DNA of 64,000 nt from Octopus sinensis (taxonomy: Eukaryota), in the NCBI RefSeq assembly GCF_006345805.1, contig NC_043018.1, positions 10,788,001 through 10,852,000 on the forward strand, written 5' to 3'. Positions within the stretch are counted from its first letter, which is position 1, and every line of letters starts with the position of its first letter. The notes under the pieces are model-generated. The model was not told where the DNA came from. It made no database searches and saw only the letters and a list, made by a program, of their open reading frames with translations. Position numbers and translations under genes: made by a program. Positions 10,471 to 23,368 of this stretch are shown here, piece by piece.

Positions 10471-10884
10471 GGATCTTTTCGGTTTGAACGGCAGTTTTTC
10501 TAGCGGTGCCATATGAAATTGTCACCCATAATTATGACCCTAGTATCGATCTATTGCATTTTAATCTGTTTTAGGGTTAGGGTTAGGGGTGGGGGAAGGG
10601 TATCTTTTTTTCTTCAGAAATGTAAATAAACCCAGTCTGTTTCTTAAACGAGGGAATATTCACACGGCACAGAATGTTTTCACCTCAATAGACGTCATTG
10701 ATTGGTTGAAATTGCAGATATTGAAGAAAAACAACAACAAATATCTTACAAACTATAGAATTTTTTCAATAAAGCCAAGAGAAAAAGATGTTTTATAAAC
10801 ACATTCTACCAGTATACGAAGTTTAAAAGTGTTTAGTTACGTGGAAATTATTTTTAAAAACTGCCGGTCAAACCGAAAAGATCC
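10471..10884 (+). mobile_element. MITE-G
   Basis: Both TIRs present. Flanks share tctcttc, a 7-bp match. Confidence 0.9.
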
Positions 10885-11454
10885 TCTCTTCTATGAAACC
10901 GGATTGTGATCAGTCATCTAATCTAAGGTTTTCCATAGAGTTAGCACAACTACTGGTTGGTTCTCTAGTCACGAAGGTTCGTAGGATCCTTTCTCAGGTG
11001 TCTGCATTTAAAGGTTAGTTTGGTCTTGTGGCTGACGAAAGATGCATCACTTGTCATGATTACTCCTAAATCCCTTACGTCATTAGCGCTGTGAATCGTG
11101 TTATCCGGTGTCAAATATTGTGATTTTTATGTATTCCCTCCGTCGTGCAGATCAAGTGATTCTTATGAATATGTTGCTTTCAATATGCTTCTTTCTGTTT
11201 CCATCTACACCAATCCACTCTCTAGCTTTGGTCGGTCCGAGACTTTGGTAGAAGACATCCAGGATGACACGCTGTGTGACTAAACTTGAAACCAAATGAC
11301 TGGGAAGCAAATTTCCTACCACAGAGCCACACCAGCGCCTATATGCGCGCGTGCATTAGCTTCTACTTGCTTTAGCCATTAGACTGCAGCGATGCTGGGA
11401 CACCGCCTTGAATTTTAGTTAAACGAATGGACCACAGTACTATTCTTCAAGTCT

Positions 11455-11692
11455 GGCAGAAACGTTAGCACAACCGGGCGAAATGCTCAGCAATATTTCG
11501 TCTGTCGCTACGTTCTGAGTTCAAATTCCGCCGAGGTCGACTTTGCTTTTCATCGTTTCGGGGGCGATTAAATAAGTTCCAGTTACGCACTGGGGTCGAT
11601 GTAATCGACTTAATACCTATCTCTGCCCTTGTTTGTCCTCTTTGTGTTTAGCCCCTTGTGGGCAGTAAAGAAATAGGTGTCTTTTGCCGAAC
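11455..11692 (+). mobile_element. SINE-A copy
   Basis: ctggcagaaacgttagcac...gtaaagaaataggt. Confidence 0.8.
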
Positions 11693-12290
11693 CGCTAGGT
11701 TACGGAGACAAGCAGTGGTGGGGAACGAACACAGACACAAATCCACACATATACATATAACTAGAGAAATAGTGATCTTTGTTTAATAACCAGTTGGTCT
11801 AGCAAGTGGGGCCTCATATCAGTGAGGGGGTGGTGCGCATTGATGGCGTCGAGAGGTAGGCCCCGAAATGGCGCGCATTCTCTCCTGATGACCCCATACA
11901 CTTGCTGGCTTCCGGTATGCGGAGTTCTCGACTGGTAGCACTTGCATGTGCAAGTTGTTTACAAGACACATACGACATGCATATATAAACATTATCGACC
12001 ATACATACTTAATATACATCGCATGTATGTTTACTGGTAAGCTGCGAATTAACGTGGTGGAGTTGACTCCCTCAAAGTGCCGGATGTTAAGACACCCCAC
12101 ATCCCATTCAGGAGTGATGGACATCGATGTTTCGCTTGTGATCTTCCTCAAATGGCTCTCTACCGTCCCTGTTATTTGTAAACTGTCCCCTTAATGTTCC
12201 TCTCATTCGATGCCCTTGTGGAAAATAAAGAAATCATCATCATTCGAATCATCACCATCATCATTGCTATTATTATTGAGTTGTCTCGTG

Positions 12291-12450
12291 AAGGCGGCGA
12301 GCTGGCAGAGTCGTTAGCACGCTGGACGAAATGCATACGTTCCGAGTTTAGCGAAGTTGTGAGTTCCAATTCCATTGAGGTCGACTTTGCTTTTATCCTT
12401 TTGGGGTCAATAAATTAAGTCTAGTTGTGTACTGAGGGCTGTTGTAATCG
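12291..12450 (+). mobile_element. Diverged SINE-A copy
   Basis: aaggcggcgagctggcagagtcgttagcac head plus the core domain. Confidence 0.7.
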
Positions 12451-12954
12451 ATCATATATACCGTCGTATATATGTATATATGTATGTGTGTCTGTGTTTG
12501 TCCCCTAACATCGATTGACAACCGATGCTGGTGTGCTTACATCCCCGTAACTTAGCGGTTCGGCATAAGAGACCGATAGAACAAGTACTAGGCTTACAAA
12601 GAATAAGTCCTGGGGTCGATTTACTCGACTAAAGGTGGTGCTCCAGCGTGACCGCAGTCAAATGGGTAAAACAAGTAAAAGAGTGAAGAGTATTTGTTCT
12701 GACCTTACATTCTGAGTTTGCAGACGTTGACTGCTTTTCATCAATAAAATAAGTTATAATTGAGCACCGCAGTCGATGTAATGGACTAACCCGCTTCCCT
12801 AAAAGATTTCAGGCCTTTAAGCCTTTAGTACAGTGGTTCGATTCCTTCGATTACTATTTTGCTCTCGTGGACAACTCATAGCATTTCGATGTTTAAAAAC
12901 TAGTTTCATAGAAACTTCTTTCAAAATTCCAATTTTGTTTTTCACACATTCACT

Positions 12955-13169
12955 TACTCTTTTTACTCTTTTTACTCTCTTACTTGTTTCAGTCATTTGA
13001 CTGCGGCCATGCTGGAGCACCGCCTTTAGTCGAGCAAATCGACCCCGGGACTTATTCTTTGTAAGCCCAGCACTTATTATATCGGTCTCTTTTGCCGAAC
13101 CGCTAAGTGACGGGGACGTAAACACACACCAGCATCGGTTGTCAAGCAATGCTAGGGGGACAAACACAG

Positions 13170-13229
<60 letters not shown>

Positions 13230-13392
13230 GACAGGCTTCTTTAAGTTTCCATCTACCAAATCCACTCACAAGGCATTGGTCGGCCCGGGGCTATAGCAGA
13301 AGACACTTGCCCAAGATGCCACGCAGTGAGATTGAACCCAGAACCATGTGGTTGGTTAGCAAGCTACTTACCACACAGCCACTCCTGCGCCT
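12955..13392 (-). mobile_element. SINE-B, full length
   Basis: Reverse complement of the consensus with an expanded (CA)(TA) internal tract and a repeated tail (ttttactct)n. Confidence 0.9.
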
Positions 13393-13599
13393 ACTTGTGT
13401 AGGATGAATTATATAAAATGTGAGAGAAAGAAATGTTTCTTACATCCAAATCAAAGTGTTTTCATGGGCCCTTAATATACTACTCTGGATTCCCAGTTAG
13501 CTATTATTATTATTATTTTTTTTTGAGTGAACCGCCAAAAATCTTAGATGGACTCCTGTTGAGAATCACTGCTTTAATAGAAATATTATTATCAAAGCG

Positions 13600-14150
13600 A
13601 AAATCATTAGCACGCCAGGCAAAATGCTTAGCGGCGAGCTGGCAGAATCGTTAGCACGCCGGATGAAATGCTTAGCGGTATTTTCGTCTGTCGTTACGTT
13701 GTGAGTTCAAATTCCGCCGAGGTTGACTTTGCCTTTCATCCTTTCGGGGTCGATAAATTAAGTACCAGTTCCGCACTGGGGTCGATGCATTCGACTTAAT
13801 ACCTATGTCTGTCCTTGTTTGTCCCCTCTATGTTTAGCCCCTTGTGGGTAATAAAGAAATAGAAATAGGTATTTCTGAGTTCAAATTCCGCCGAGGTCGA
13901 CTTCACCTTTCATCCTTTCGGGGTCGATAAAATAAGTACCAGTTGAACACTGAGGTCAATGTAATCGACTCATCCTCTCCTCCAAAGTTGCTGCCCTGGT
14001 GGCAAAATTTGAAACCATTATTAAGGTGGCGAGCTGGCAGAATCGTTAGCACGCCGGGCAAAAAGCTTCGAGATATTTCGTCTTACCTCCTCCCCCCAAA
14101 ACCGCTGGCCTTGTGCTAAAATTTGAAATCATTATTATTATTTTTATTTA
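13600..14150 (+). mobile_element. SINE-A cluster with repeated heads, tandem body and alternative (TTA)n-ending tails
   Basis: Heads at about 13630 and 14025, aaagaaatag re-entry junction at about 13860, tails ending tttgaaa(c/t)cattatta. Confidence 0.8.
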
Positions 14151-14184
14151 TTTATTTAGTTCCTAAATCTAAAAGAAAAAAACA

Positions 14185-14342
14185 GTGTGGTAAGTAGCTT
14201 GCTAACCAACCACATGGTTCCGGGTTCAGTCCCACTGCGTGGTATCTTGGGCAAGTGTCTTCTGCTATAGCCCCGGGTCGACCAATACCTTTTGAGTGGA
14301 TTTAGTAGACGGAAACTGAAAGAAGCCTGTCGTATATATGCA

Positions 14343-14375
<33 letters not shown>

Positions 14376-14570
14376 CTGTGTTTGTCCCCCTAGCATTGCT
14401 TGACAACCGATGCTGGTGTGTTTACGTCCCCGTCACTTAGCGGTCCGGCAAAAGAGACCGATAGAATAAGTACTGGGCTTACAAAGAATAAGTCCCGGGG
14501 TCGATTTGCTCGACTAAAGGCGGTGCTCCAGCATGGCCGCAGTCAAATGACTGAACCAAGTAAAAAAGAG
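14185..14570 (+). mobile_element. SINE-B
   Basis: Matches the SINE-B consensus from tgtgtggtaagtagc to the tail. Confidence 0.88.
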
Positions 14571-14949
14571 AAAGAGCAAAACAGCGTCCATAACCTTTGC
14601 AGGCCCTCCAAGACCAGTGAGGTCGATGCTTTTAATGTTCTGTTTAAATTATTGTTGGTCAACACCAGCAGGAAACACATGAAAAGTGAGAAGATTCCAG
14701 TGGGATAAAAGTTCCGGGGAAAAAGGACTGTAATAAATTGGTGAGTGCGAGGCCGAGGGAGGGGAGGGTTGGACGGGGTAATAAGTGGGGGACGTCTTAA
14801 AAATTAGCAAGCACATATTGAACAGAGTACTTCTTAAATGTTTTGGAAAATAGGATGGGTTTGTTACGACTGGGACGCTTTTGACCTAAGGTCTGCCTGC
14901 TCAGACAACACGACCGCCGACGCCAACACCTCCACTTCGGTCACCGCGG

Positions 14950-15710
14950 TTACCTCTGCTACAATTACCACCACCACCACCACCACCAACACCACACCGC
15001 GTCCTCTGACGTTACCATCCACCCTCATCATCACTACCACCACCACCACCAACACCATTATCATCATCATCATCACCAACCACTACCACCCTACATTATG
15101 AATCTCATTAAGGATCCACACCACGTGGTGTGAGGCTTTGAAATTCCTTTCATTTTAGTAGGAGTAAATAACCTAAAAGTTATTTACCACCACCACCACC
15201 ACCAACCCCATCGCCACCACCGTGGTCTATAGAGCACAACGACCAGGAAATACCACCGCCACAACCACCACCACTATCATCACCGCCGTCACCACCATTA
15301 TCAACACAGTTACGATGACCACCACTCCAACAATTACTACCGAATAACAATCGTCACCGCCATATCACTACGCCACCACCCTCGTCTTCACCAGCGCGAA
15401 AACCACCGACATCACCATCACCACCTCCTCCACTACGCCTACCACGTCATCAAACACTACAGCTACCATAATCTCCACCACAACCACCACCACCATCACC
15501 ACTCAAACCAACACCATCAGATCTACCTCCATCACCACCACCACCACTACCACTATCACCACCGCCACCACCATCAGATCTACCTCCGTCACCAGCACCG
15601 CCACCACCATCACCACCACCACCACTATCACCACCAAAACAAACACCACCGCCATCACCTCCACTACACCTACAACATCGTCCCCTCGCCACAATCACCA
15701 CCACCTCTTT
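14950..15710. repeat. Degenerate (CAC/CAT)n-rich low-complexity tract
   Basis: Direct inspection. Confidence 0.9.
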
Positions 15711-16119
15711 TACTTACCATATTCATTCCCAGTAGAATGCCATCTCGAATATTTCACGACGACTTCCCACAGACTGTATCGAAAAGTCATTAAAAATATA
15801 GTCTTTTTTTCCTTTCCTCTTTTCATTTCTTTTCGACCCTCCACAACCATCCCTAACTCCTCAGCTACCCCCGACTACCCCCACTTTACCTCACATCCCT
15901 TTTGACCTTGAGATTTGTTGGGTTTTTCTTCTTTTTTCCTTTTGTATGAAATTTCTTCCATTAGACACCAGCGAATGAGATAAAAGCCATATCTTCTGTT
16001 TGGCTTTTGTTTTTATGTCCGAATTCAATGTTAGACGTCCCCCGCCTTTGCTCACCTTTGACTGATAGTAACCTCTCTTGCGCGGCGGCGGATTAATGAC
16101 AAACATTGTACTCAAATAT

Positions 16120-16568
16120 ACTCTTTTACTTGTTTCAGTCATTTGACTGCGGCCCATGCTGGAGCACCGCCTTTAGTCGAGGAAATCAACCCCATGACTT
16201 ATTTTTTGTAAGCCTAGTAGTTATTCTATCGTTCTCTATTGCCGAACCGCTAAGTTACGGGGACGTAAGCACACCAGTATCGGTTGTCAAGCGATGTTGG
16301 GGTGACAAACACCGACACACAACAACACACACACACACATACACACACATACACACACACACACTCACATATATACATATATAAGTACATATACATATAT
16401 ACGACGGGCTTCTTTCAGTTTCCGTCTACCAAATCCACTCACAAGGGCTTTGGTCGGCCAAAGGCTATAGTAGAAGACACTTGCCCAAGGTGCCACGCAG
16501 TGGGACTGAACCCGGAACCATATGGTTGGTAAGCAAGCTATTTACCACACAACCACTCCTGCGCCTAT
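16120..16568 (-). mobile_element. SINE-B, full length
   Basis: Reverse complement of the consensus. Confidence 0.88.
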
Positions 16569-17603
16569 GGAAACTTAGTTGTTGAAAAATCGATTCAAAA
16601 CAACAGCAACAAGGAATAAATAAAAAATAATAACATTTAAATTGAATTTACCAAAATATTTTCGTCGCTTTGAGACCGCGACCTGTTCCCTGACGACGAA
16701 AATAATTTGGCAAATTAAATTTAAATGTTGAAGTGAATCTAACGGTTTTTGTGTTTTTAAATGGCTTATAAACACCTTCCACGCTGCAATTGTTTTTGTT
16801 TCAGCACCGTCTCAGATCAGGTCACTTGCTATGCAAGTACATCTCCGCAATAGCAACAACGCTAACTGCCAAAGCAACAATATATATATATATATTTATT
16901 TATTTATCTTGTACGTGTTTCAGCCATTAGATTGCGGTCATGCTGGGGCAACACCTTGAATTTTTAGTCGAACCAGTCGCGCGCGCGTGTTAAATAAAAA
17001 AAAGAGACAACAAAGTCAGGTCAGTGTGAAATTTCTAGGAGAATTATAGTACGGTAGCACTTACATAGCCTTACCTGCCATTCGGGGTCTTCTGAGTACC
17101 AAAGCGTCTCATATATATATATGAGAAAGTTCAAAAGGTCAACTTATTCTCATTAATCTGTAAGTACTGAGAGAAGAAAACAAAAGACTTTAAATATATT
17201 TTTTTGAATGCTGATTTTTCTGCGACCTAACATTCTACAAGCTGGTGCTCCAACATGGCCGCAGTCCAATGACGGAACAATTTAAAATATTTTTAGAAAA
17301 TAAAAAAACCGAAGGGTTATAAAAAATTTTTTAATAGATTTCGCTGTTATTTCTAGCATGTGGAGATAAAAAATTCTTTAAGGCCGCACTCTAATAACTG
17401 CAACAAGTAAAAAGCGAAAAAAAATTCTGGGGTTGATACGTTCAACCAAAAATTCTTCAAGGCGGTGCCCCAGCATGACCGCAGTCTAATGACTGAAACA
17501 AGTAAAAGGTAAAAAAAAACGAAAATTAATCGAAAAATATAACCGTGGGGCTTTTGTCCGTGGGTCTTTCGTCCGTGGGGCTTTTGTCCTATACATGTAT
17601 ATG

Positions 17604-17637
<34 letters not shown>

Positions 17638-17859
17638 GCTTCACACGATGGGCTTCTTTCACACTACCAAATCCACCACTAGACTGAACTCAAAGCGACG
17701 ACACGGGGTTGAGGAAGAAAATTCTTCCCATATAGCCATGCCTACATGTTGCTGGAACTTTGGCCACATGTCTTCTACCCTAGCCTACGGCCGACGAAGG
17801 ACTTGTTAGTGGATTTCATAGGCGGAAACTGAATGAAGCTCGTCGTATGTATTACTCTC

Positions 17860-18049
17860 TCTCTTTTACTTATTTCAGTCATGCTGGAGCACCGCCTTTT
17901 AGTCGAGCAAATCGACCCCAGGACTTATTCTTTGTAAGCCCAGTACTTCTATCGGTCTCTTTTGCCGAACCGCTAAGTAATGGGACGTAAACACACCATC
18001 GGTTGTCAAGCGATGTTGGGGGGACAAACACACACACACACATATATAT

Positions 18050-18086
<37 letters not shown>

Positions 18087-18250
18087 CGACAGGCTTCTTT
18101 CAGTTTCCGTCTACTAAATCCATTCACAAGGCTTTGGTCGGCTCGAGGCTATAGTAGAAGACACTTTCCCAAGATGCCACGCAATGGGACTGAACCCGGA
18201 ACTGTGTAGTTGGTAAGCAAGCTACTTACCACATAGCCTCTCCTGCGCCA
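17860..18250 (-). mobile_element. SINE-B
   Basis: Reverse complement of the consensus. Confidence 0.85.
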
Positions 18251-18620
18251 ATGTATATATATATATATATATGATGATGATGATGTATGAAATTTGACTG
18301 GTGACCACCGCTGCTACCATTTGCAGTTGCTTTTAGCTTAAGAGGCAGAGAGAATTAGGGTTTGCTAAGAAATGAAAGGGAGTGGAGGGCACAACACGTT
18401 ACCAAAAGGTTCGGATTTAGTTAACGGTTCCACACCCCGCTCCAATGCTCCTGGCAATGTGGTAATAACCGTCATATCTCATGATAAGCCAGCATGGAGA
18501 ATCCGAGTGGCCTTCAATATCAATTAATAACAAACGTAGATCGGATTGCGCAACAAGCTAGTTTGATTGAGTAACAGTGACAACAGGCTCCCACGTCTAT
18601 TTATATTAAGTTTTAAAATG

Positions 18621-18640
18621 CTAATTATATATTCTGCGCT

Positions 18641-18675
<35 letters not shown>

Positions 18676-20150
18676 TTTTCCAGACGTATATCACTGTATA
18701 TCTCTCCTTGCCTTCGCTCTAGGGAGAAGAGTTGTAATACTTTCAGTCTTTCCCAGTAGCTGATATGTTGCATTGAGACGATCTTCTTAGTGTAGCTTCT
18801 TTGAATTGCTTCGAGTTCTGCTGTTAGCTTTATATTGTGTGGTAACCATAGTTGGGAGCAGTAGTCCAAGCGGCTGAGGACAAATGTCTTCCAAAGGACC
18901 ATCAGTGTCTCCTTCTCTCTTGTTCTGAAATTTCGGAGAATCCATCCAGCTAGCCGTCTGCATTTTATCACCAAATTAGTAATATGCACTTGGAAAGGGG
19001 AATCATTGCTCATGTCAATGCCCAGGTCACGCACTGATTTTGACTCAGGGATTGCAATTCTTCCCGGGCCAGTGTATCCAGTCTGCATGTCGTTTACCTT
19101 TGTGTGCCGGTAGCGCAGGGCCTGGAACTTCACTGCATTAAACTGCGTGTTGTTGTCCTCAGCCCACCTGTATATTGTATCCAACTCTTGTTGCAGATGT
19201 GCAATATTTCCAGGGTTTTGTATTGTGTGGGAGACTTTTGTGTCATCTGCATAGCTAGCAAGGGTGGCCATCTTAGCAACTGAGGGCATGTCTGAAAGGG
19301 CCACTATGAACAGCAGTGGCCCCAAGACAGTGCCCTGTAGAACACCGCTTGTTATTTGTGTTTCCTTGGAGATGACTCCATTGGTCACAACTGCCTGTCT
19401 TCTATCTTTTAGGAAGTTGTGCAGCCACTCTCCAAGTTTTCCGCCTATGCCGAGACCACGCAGTTTGTGACAGATCATACCATGGTCAACTTTATCAAAG
19501 GCTTTTGAAAAGTCGAGATATATCACATCTACATTTGAGCCACTTAGTAGCTGTTTTAACACCCAGTCATAGTGTTGCAGGAGCTGTGTTAGGCAGCTTC
19601 TACCTGGTCGAAATTCATGCTGGGTGTCAGTCAGCAAGTTATTTTCTTCAAGGAACATGATTAGTTTCTTGGGGACTATTCGTTCCATGACTTTGCTGAT
19701 GTGTGAGGTCAGAGAGATAGGCCTATAATTTTTAGCATCTGCTCTGCTTCCTCCCTTATGGATAGGGCATATTACCCCCTCTTTCAATTTGACTGGGAGC
19801 TTACCACTTGCAAGAGAGCTCTGAAAAAGAAGCTGTAGCGGTTTTGCAAGGGCTCGTTTGCACGATTTGAGAAGGATCGCTGGAAATCCATCAGGTCCAT
19901 CAGCTGAGTTTGTGTCAATCTCATCTATGGCCAGTGTGATGTCATTATCTTCAATGTTGATGTACTCAATTTTTGCCTCTTTGGCCACAGGTAAAGTGGG
20001 AAAGAATTCTTCTGTGTTGTTTACTTGCATGTGTCCTAGAAGTGTAGTGAACACACTTTGGAACTGTTCGTTCAGTATTTCACTTATCCTCGTGGGATTT
20101 CCTGTGAGGGAGCCATCTTTTTGGAAGAGAGGTCCTATTCTCTGGCGCAC
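18621..20150 (-). CDS. Non-LTR retrotransposon reverse transcriptase (CR1-group ORF2 fragment, 509 aa; last ~17 aa are read-through into microsatellite)
   Basis: RT motifs YRPISLTSHISKVMERIV, QHEFRPGRSCLTQL, VIYLDFSKAFDKVDHG, SGVLQGTVLGPLLF, catalytic YADD, RDLG. The endonuclease domain is missing. Confidence 0.9.
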
Positions 20151-20490
20151 TGTGGCTGTCTCTTTGGCAAACTTAAAGAAAGCTTTAGGGTTTGACTTGA
20201 TATTTTCTATTACCCAAGCTTCTTTATTTACTCTCTCCTTTTCATGAGATTAATGCAGACTTTTCTCAATTTCTATTAGCATTCTCTTGAGCCGAGACTT
20301 CTCACCACTTTTGGTGTGCTTGCTCAGGCGGTTCGCAATCCTTGTCCGTCGTCTCATAAGAATTTTCCTTTCTCCAGGGATCCTGTTTTTGTTTTTGTGT
20401 GTGCTGGCCCTGCACACTGGGACATATTTGACACATATAACTTGTATTATGGACATGAAACGTTTGTGTTTCATGTCAATGTCGTAGATA
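18671..20490 (-). mobile_element. CR1-group LINE, truncated at both ends, RT region open
   Basis: Upstream frames give YVPVCRAS...IEKSLH and ENIKSNPKAFFKF, then the ORF below. The 3' end is cut at LERRQ..WKI by a (TG)n tract. Confidence 0.92.
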
Positions 20491-20567
20491 CAAAAATTGA
20501 ATATCTTCGAAATATATTTAATTTTCTTAATATATTTAGTTTTTCTATCCACATATATCCGTATATA

Positions 20568-20601
<34 letters not shown>

Positions 20602-20911
20602 GTAAGAAACTTGCTTCCCAACTACATCATTCCGGGTTCAGTCGCACTTCGCGGCACCTTGAGTAAGTGACTTCTATAGCCGCGGGCCAACCGAAACCTG
20701 GTGTGTGGTAGCTCAAAAAAGCCCGTCGTATATATATGCTTGTATGCGTGTGTGCGTGTGCATGTGTGTGTGTGTGTGTGTGTGGTGTGTGTGTGTGTGT
20801 GTGTGTGTGTGCCGTGTGTGTTCATACACGCATAGGAGTTAAAGCGTCGCGGTTGTGACCTACTGCATCTTTTATTTAGTCATCACATATCTCGGACTAT
20901 CTTATCCAATA

Positions 20912-21326
20912 TATCCTTTTCGGTTTGAACGGCAGTTTTTTCTAGCGGTGTCATATGAAATTGTCACCCATAATTATGACCCTAGTATTGATCTATTGCA
21001 TTTCAATGTTTTAGGGTTAGAGTTAGTTAGGGGTGGGGGAAGGGTATTTTTTTCTTCACAAATGTAAATAAACCCAATCTGTTTCTTAAACGAGGGACAT
21101 ATTCATACGGCACAGAATATCTTTTTACCTCAATAGACGTCATTGATTGGTTGAAATTGCAGAAATTGAAGAAAAAACAACAAATATCTTACAACCTATA
21201 GAATTTTCTCAATAAAGCCAAGAGAAAAAGATGTTTTATAAAAACATTCTACCAGTATACGAAGTTTAAAAGTGTTTAGTTACCTAGAAATTATGTTAAA
21301 AACTGCCGTTCAAACCGAAATGATCC
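20912..21326 (+). mobile_element. MITE-G (degenerate left TIR)
   Basis: Internal sequence is collinear with the other copies. No clear TSD. Confidence 0.85.
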
Positions 21327-22018
21327 TCCGTTTCTTTTAAGACATTAGGCTTGATTCGAAGAAGGTTTAGCTGCTATTACTATCAAGGCAAGTAAAGACG
21401 GCGTGCTGACAGAATTATGAGTGCGTCGTACAAAAATTGCTCAGCAGCATTTCTTATGGTTCTTTACGCTTCTGAGAATTCGAAATTCCACCTCGGTCGA
21501 CCTTGCTTTTCATCTTCTCGGGATCGATAAAATGGCTACCAGTTGAGCACTAGGGTTTCGATGTAACCCCTTCCCTTTAAAATTGCCGGCCTTGTGCCTA
21601 TGGAAGCAAGGATTATTAAACCATGCATCCACATCAGAAACTTGTGTAGTGATGATGATGATGATGATGATGATGACGTCTACGACGACGGTGGTGGTGG
21701 TAACGGTGGCGGCGGAAAATTATTTGAATGAGGTTCACAATCAGTATATTAATTTAAGCAGGGTGTTTTATGGGTGGATAGGGGGTGGCTGCTGACCCCC
21801 TGCAATTCCTTCTTCATTCATTGATAAAGGAATTCGCCTGAATGTGAACCAGAACTTTGAGGCGAGAGAGGTCAAATCAGGATTGATGGCGAAAGTATGA
21901 ATACACGCGCACACACACAGACGCACAAAGAGAATAATACTCTCATACACTTATATACACATTGCATATACATACACATACATATACAATGCACAAACAC
22001 ATACACAATCTATACGTG

Positions 22019-22100
<82 letters not shown>

Positions 22101-22101
22101 A

Positions 22102-22194
22102 CTTTATTTAAAAGCAGCAGAAATTCAACAAAACCTGTTACCCTAACCCTAACCCTAACCTGTTTTATTGAATTTCTGCTGCTTTTAAATGAAG
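22102..22194. repeat. 33-bp-arm hairpin enclosing (CCCTAA)3
   Basis: ctttatttaaaagcagcagaaattcaacaaaac / gttttattgaatttctgctgcttttaaatgaag (2 mismatches). Telomere-type repeats at 22141-22158. Confidence 0.85.
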
Positions 22195-22262
22195 CATATT
22201 ACTCTACCCCTGGTATTTGAGTACTCTTTTTTCCACCTTGTTTCACATTTATGCGTTTACTC

Positions 22263-22311
<49 letters not shown>

Positions 22312-22326
22312 TCTTTTCTCTTTTAC

Positions 22327-22366
<40 letters not shown>

Positions 22367-22411
22367 ATATATATATACTCTTTTCTCTTTTACTCTTATA
22401 TATATATATAT

Positions 22412-22485
<74 letters not shown>

Positions 22486-23368
22486 ATACTATACTAGATT
22501 GTTAATATTAGCGACAGACACTGTATTTATCGCAAGAGGTAATGTTTGTCCCCTCTACATATACATATGTTCAATACATACCATAATATTAACCCATAAT
22601 ACACAATACGTATACATATACACGCAATGCATACATACACAATACATACTCTCTCATACAGTCTGTAGAAACTCACACACACATACACAATAGACACACA
22701 CACACTCACACACACAATTCACCCACGTGGTCAGTATTTCCAAACAACTTATTTTGTGTGGGATGGGCTTTCTTAGAATTTCATATTCTCTCTCTCTCTC
22801 TCTCTTTCTTTACTTTCTTCCTCAATCTCCCTCTCCTCCTCTCACTTTCGTCTTACTCTCTACTCTCTTTTCCTTCTCTCTCTCTCTCCATTCCCCTTCT
22901 CTCTTACTCTCTCCCTCTCTCTTTCTTTCTCTATTCAATGAGTGTGTTTTATTTTTAGAAATTGTTTTTCTCGAATAGCTGCTTTCTTGCTTAGAAACGG
23001 GGTTCTTTCAAGCAAATCGAACGCAAGCTGGGTCTCAATCAATCCCGATTGGGTCAATGACCCCTAAAAAACCATCATTGATCATGTGTCCCCTTGCATC
23101 ACAGAATGATACTTGGAAAAGCATACAACATCAACGGGGTAATCACATATGTACGTACGTATGTATGTCATTATTCAGGTTATTTCCGGATTTCTTGCCA
23201 ATAGAGAAAGAACCGGTTTATAACCTAGATTCATTGGAATTTCAACATCAACAACAGGGTATTTTTGTTTGTTTGTATGTATGTATGTATGTGTGCAGAT
23301 TTGTATGTTTTGTTTTATGTATGCCTTCTCATGCATATACTTGCATATCTAGACATGCTCATATATAT

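Noticed and set aside
11810-11900. Hammerhead-like words (gccccgaaatggcgcgc, ctgatgacccc)
   Set aside because: The core elements are not in the correct order or spacing to build the fold.
12817-13402. Recurrent ORFs such as MPKVPRSGTEPGTMWLVSKLLTTQPLLRL and ...[19 protein letters not shown]
   Set aside because: They are chance readings of SINE-B copies with inconsistent starts, stops and frames.
19858-20247. Plus-strand ORFs at 19264 and 19858
   Set aside because: They are antisense shadows of the LINE RT frame.
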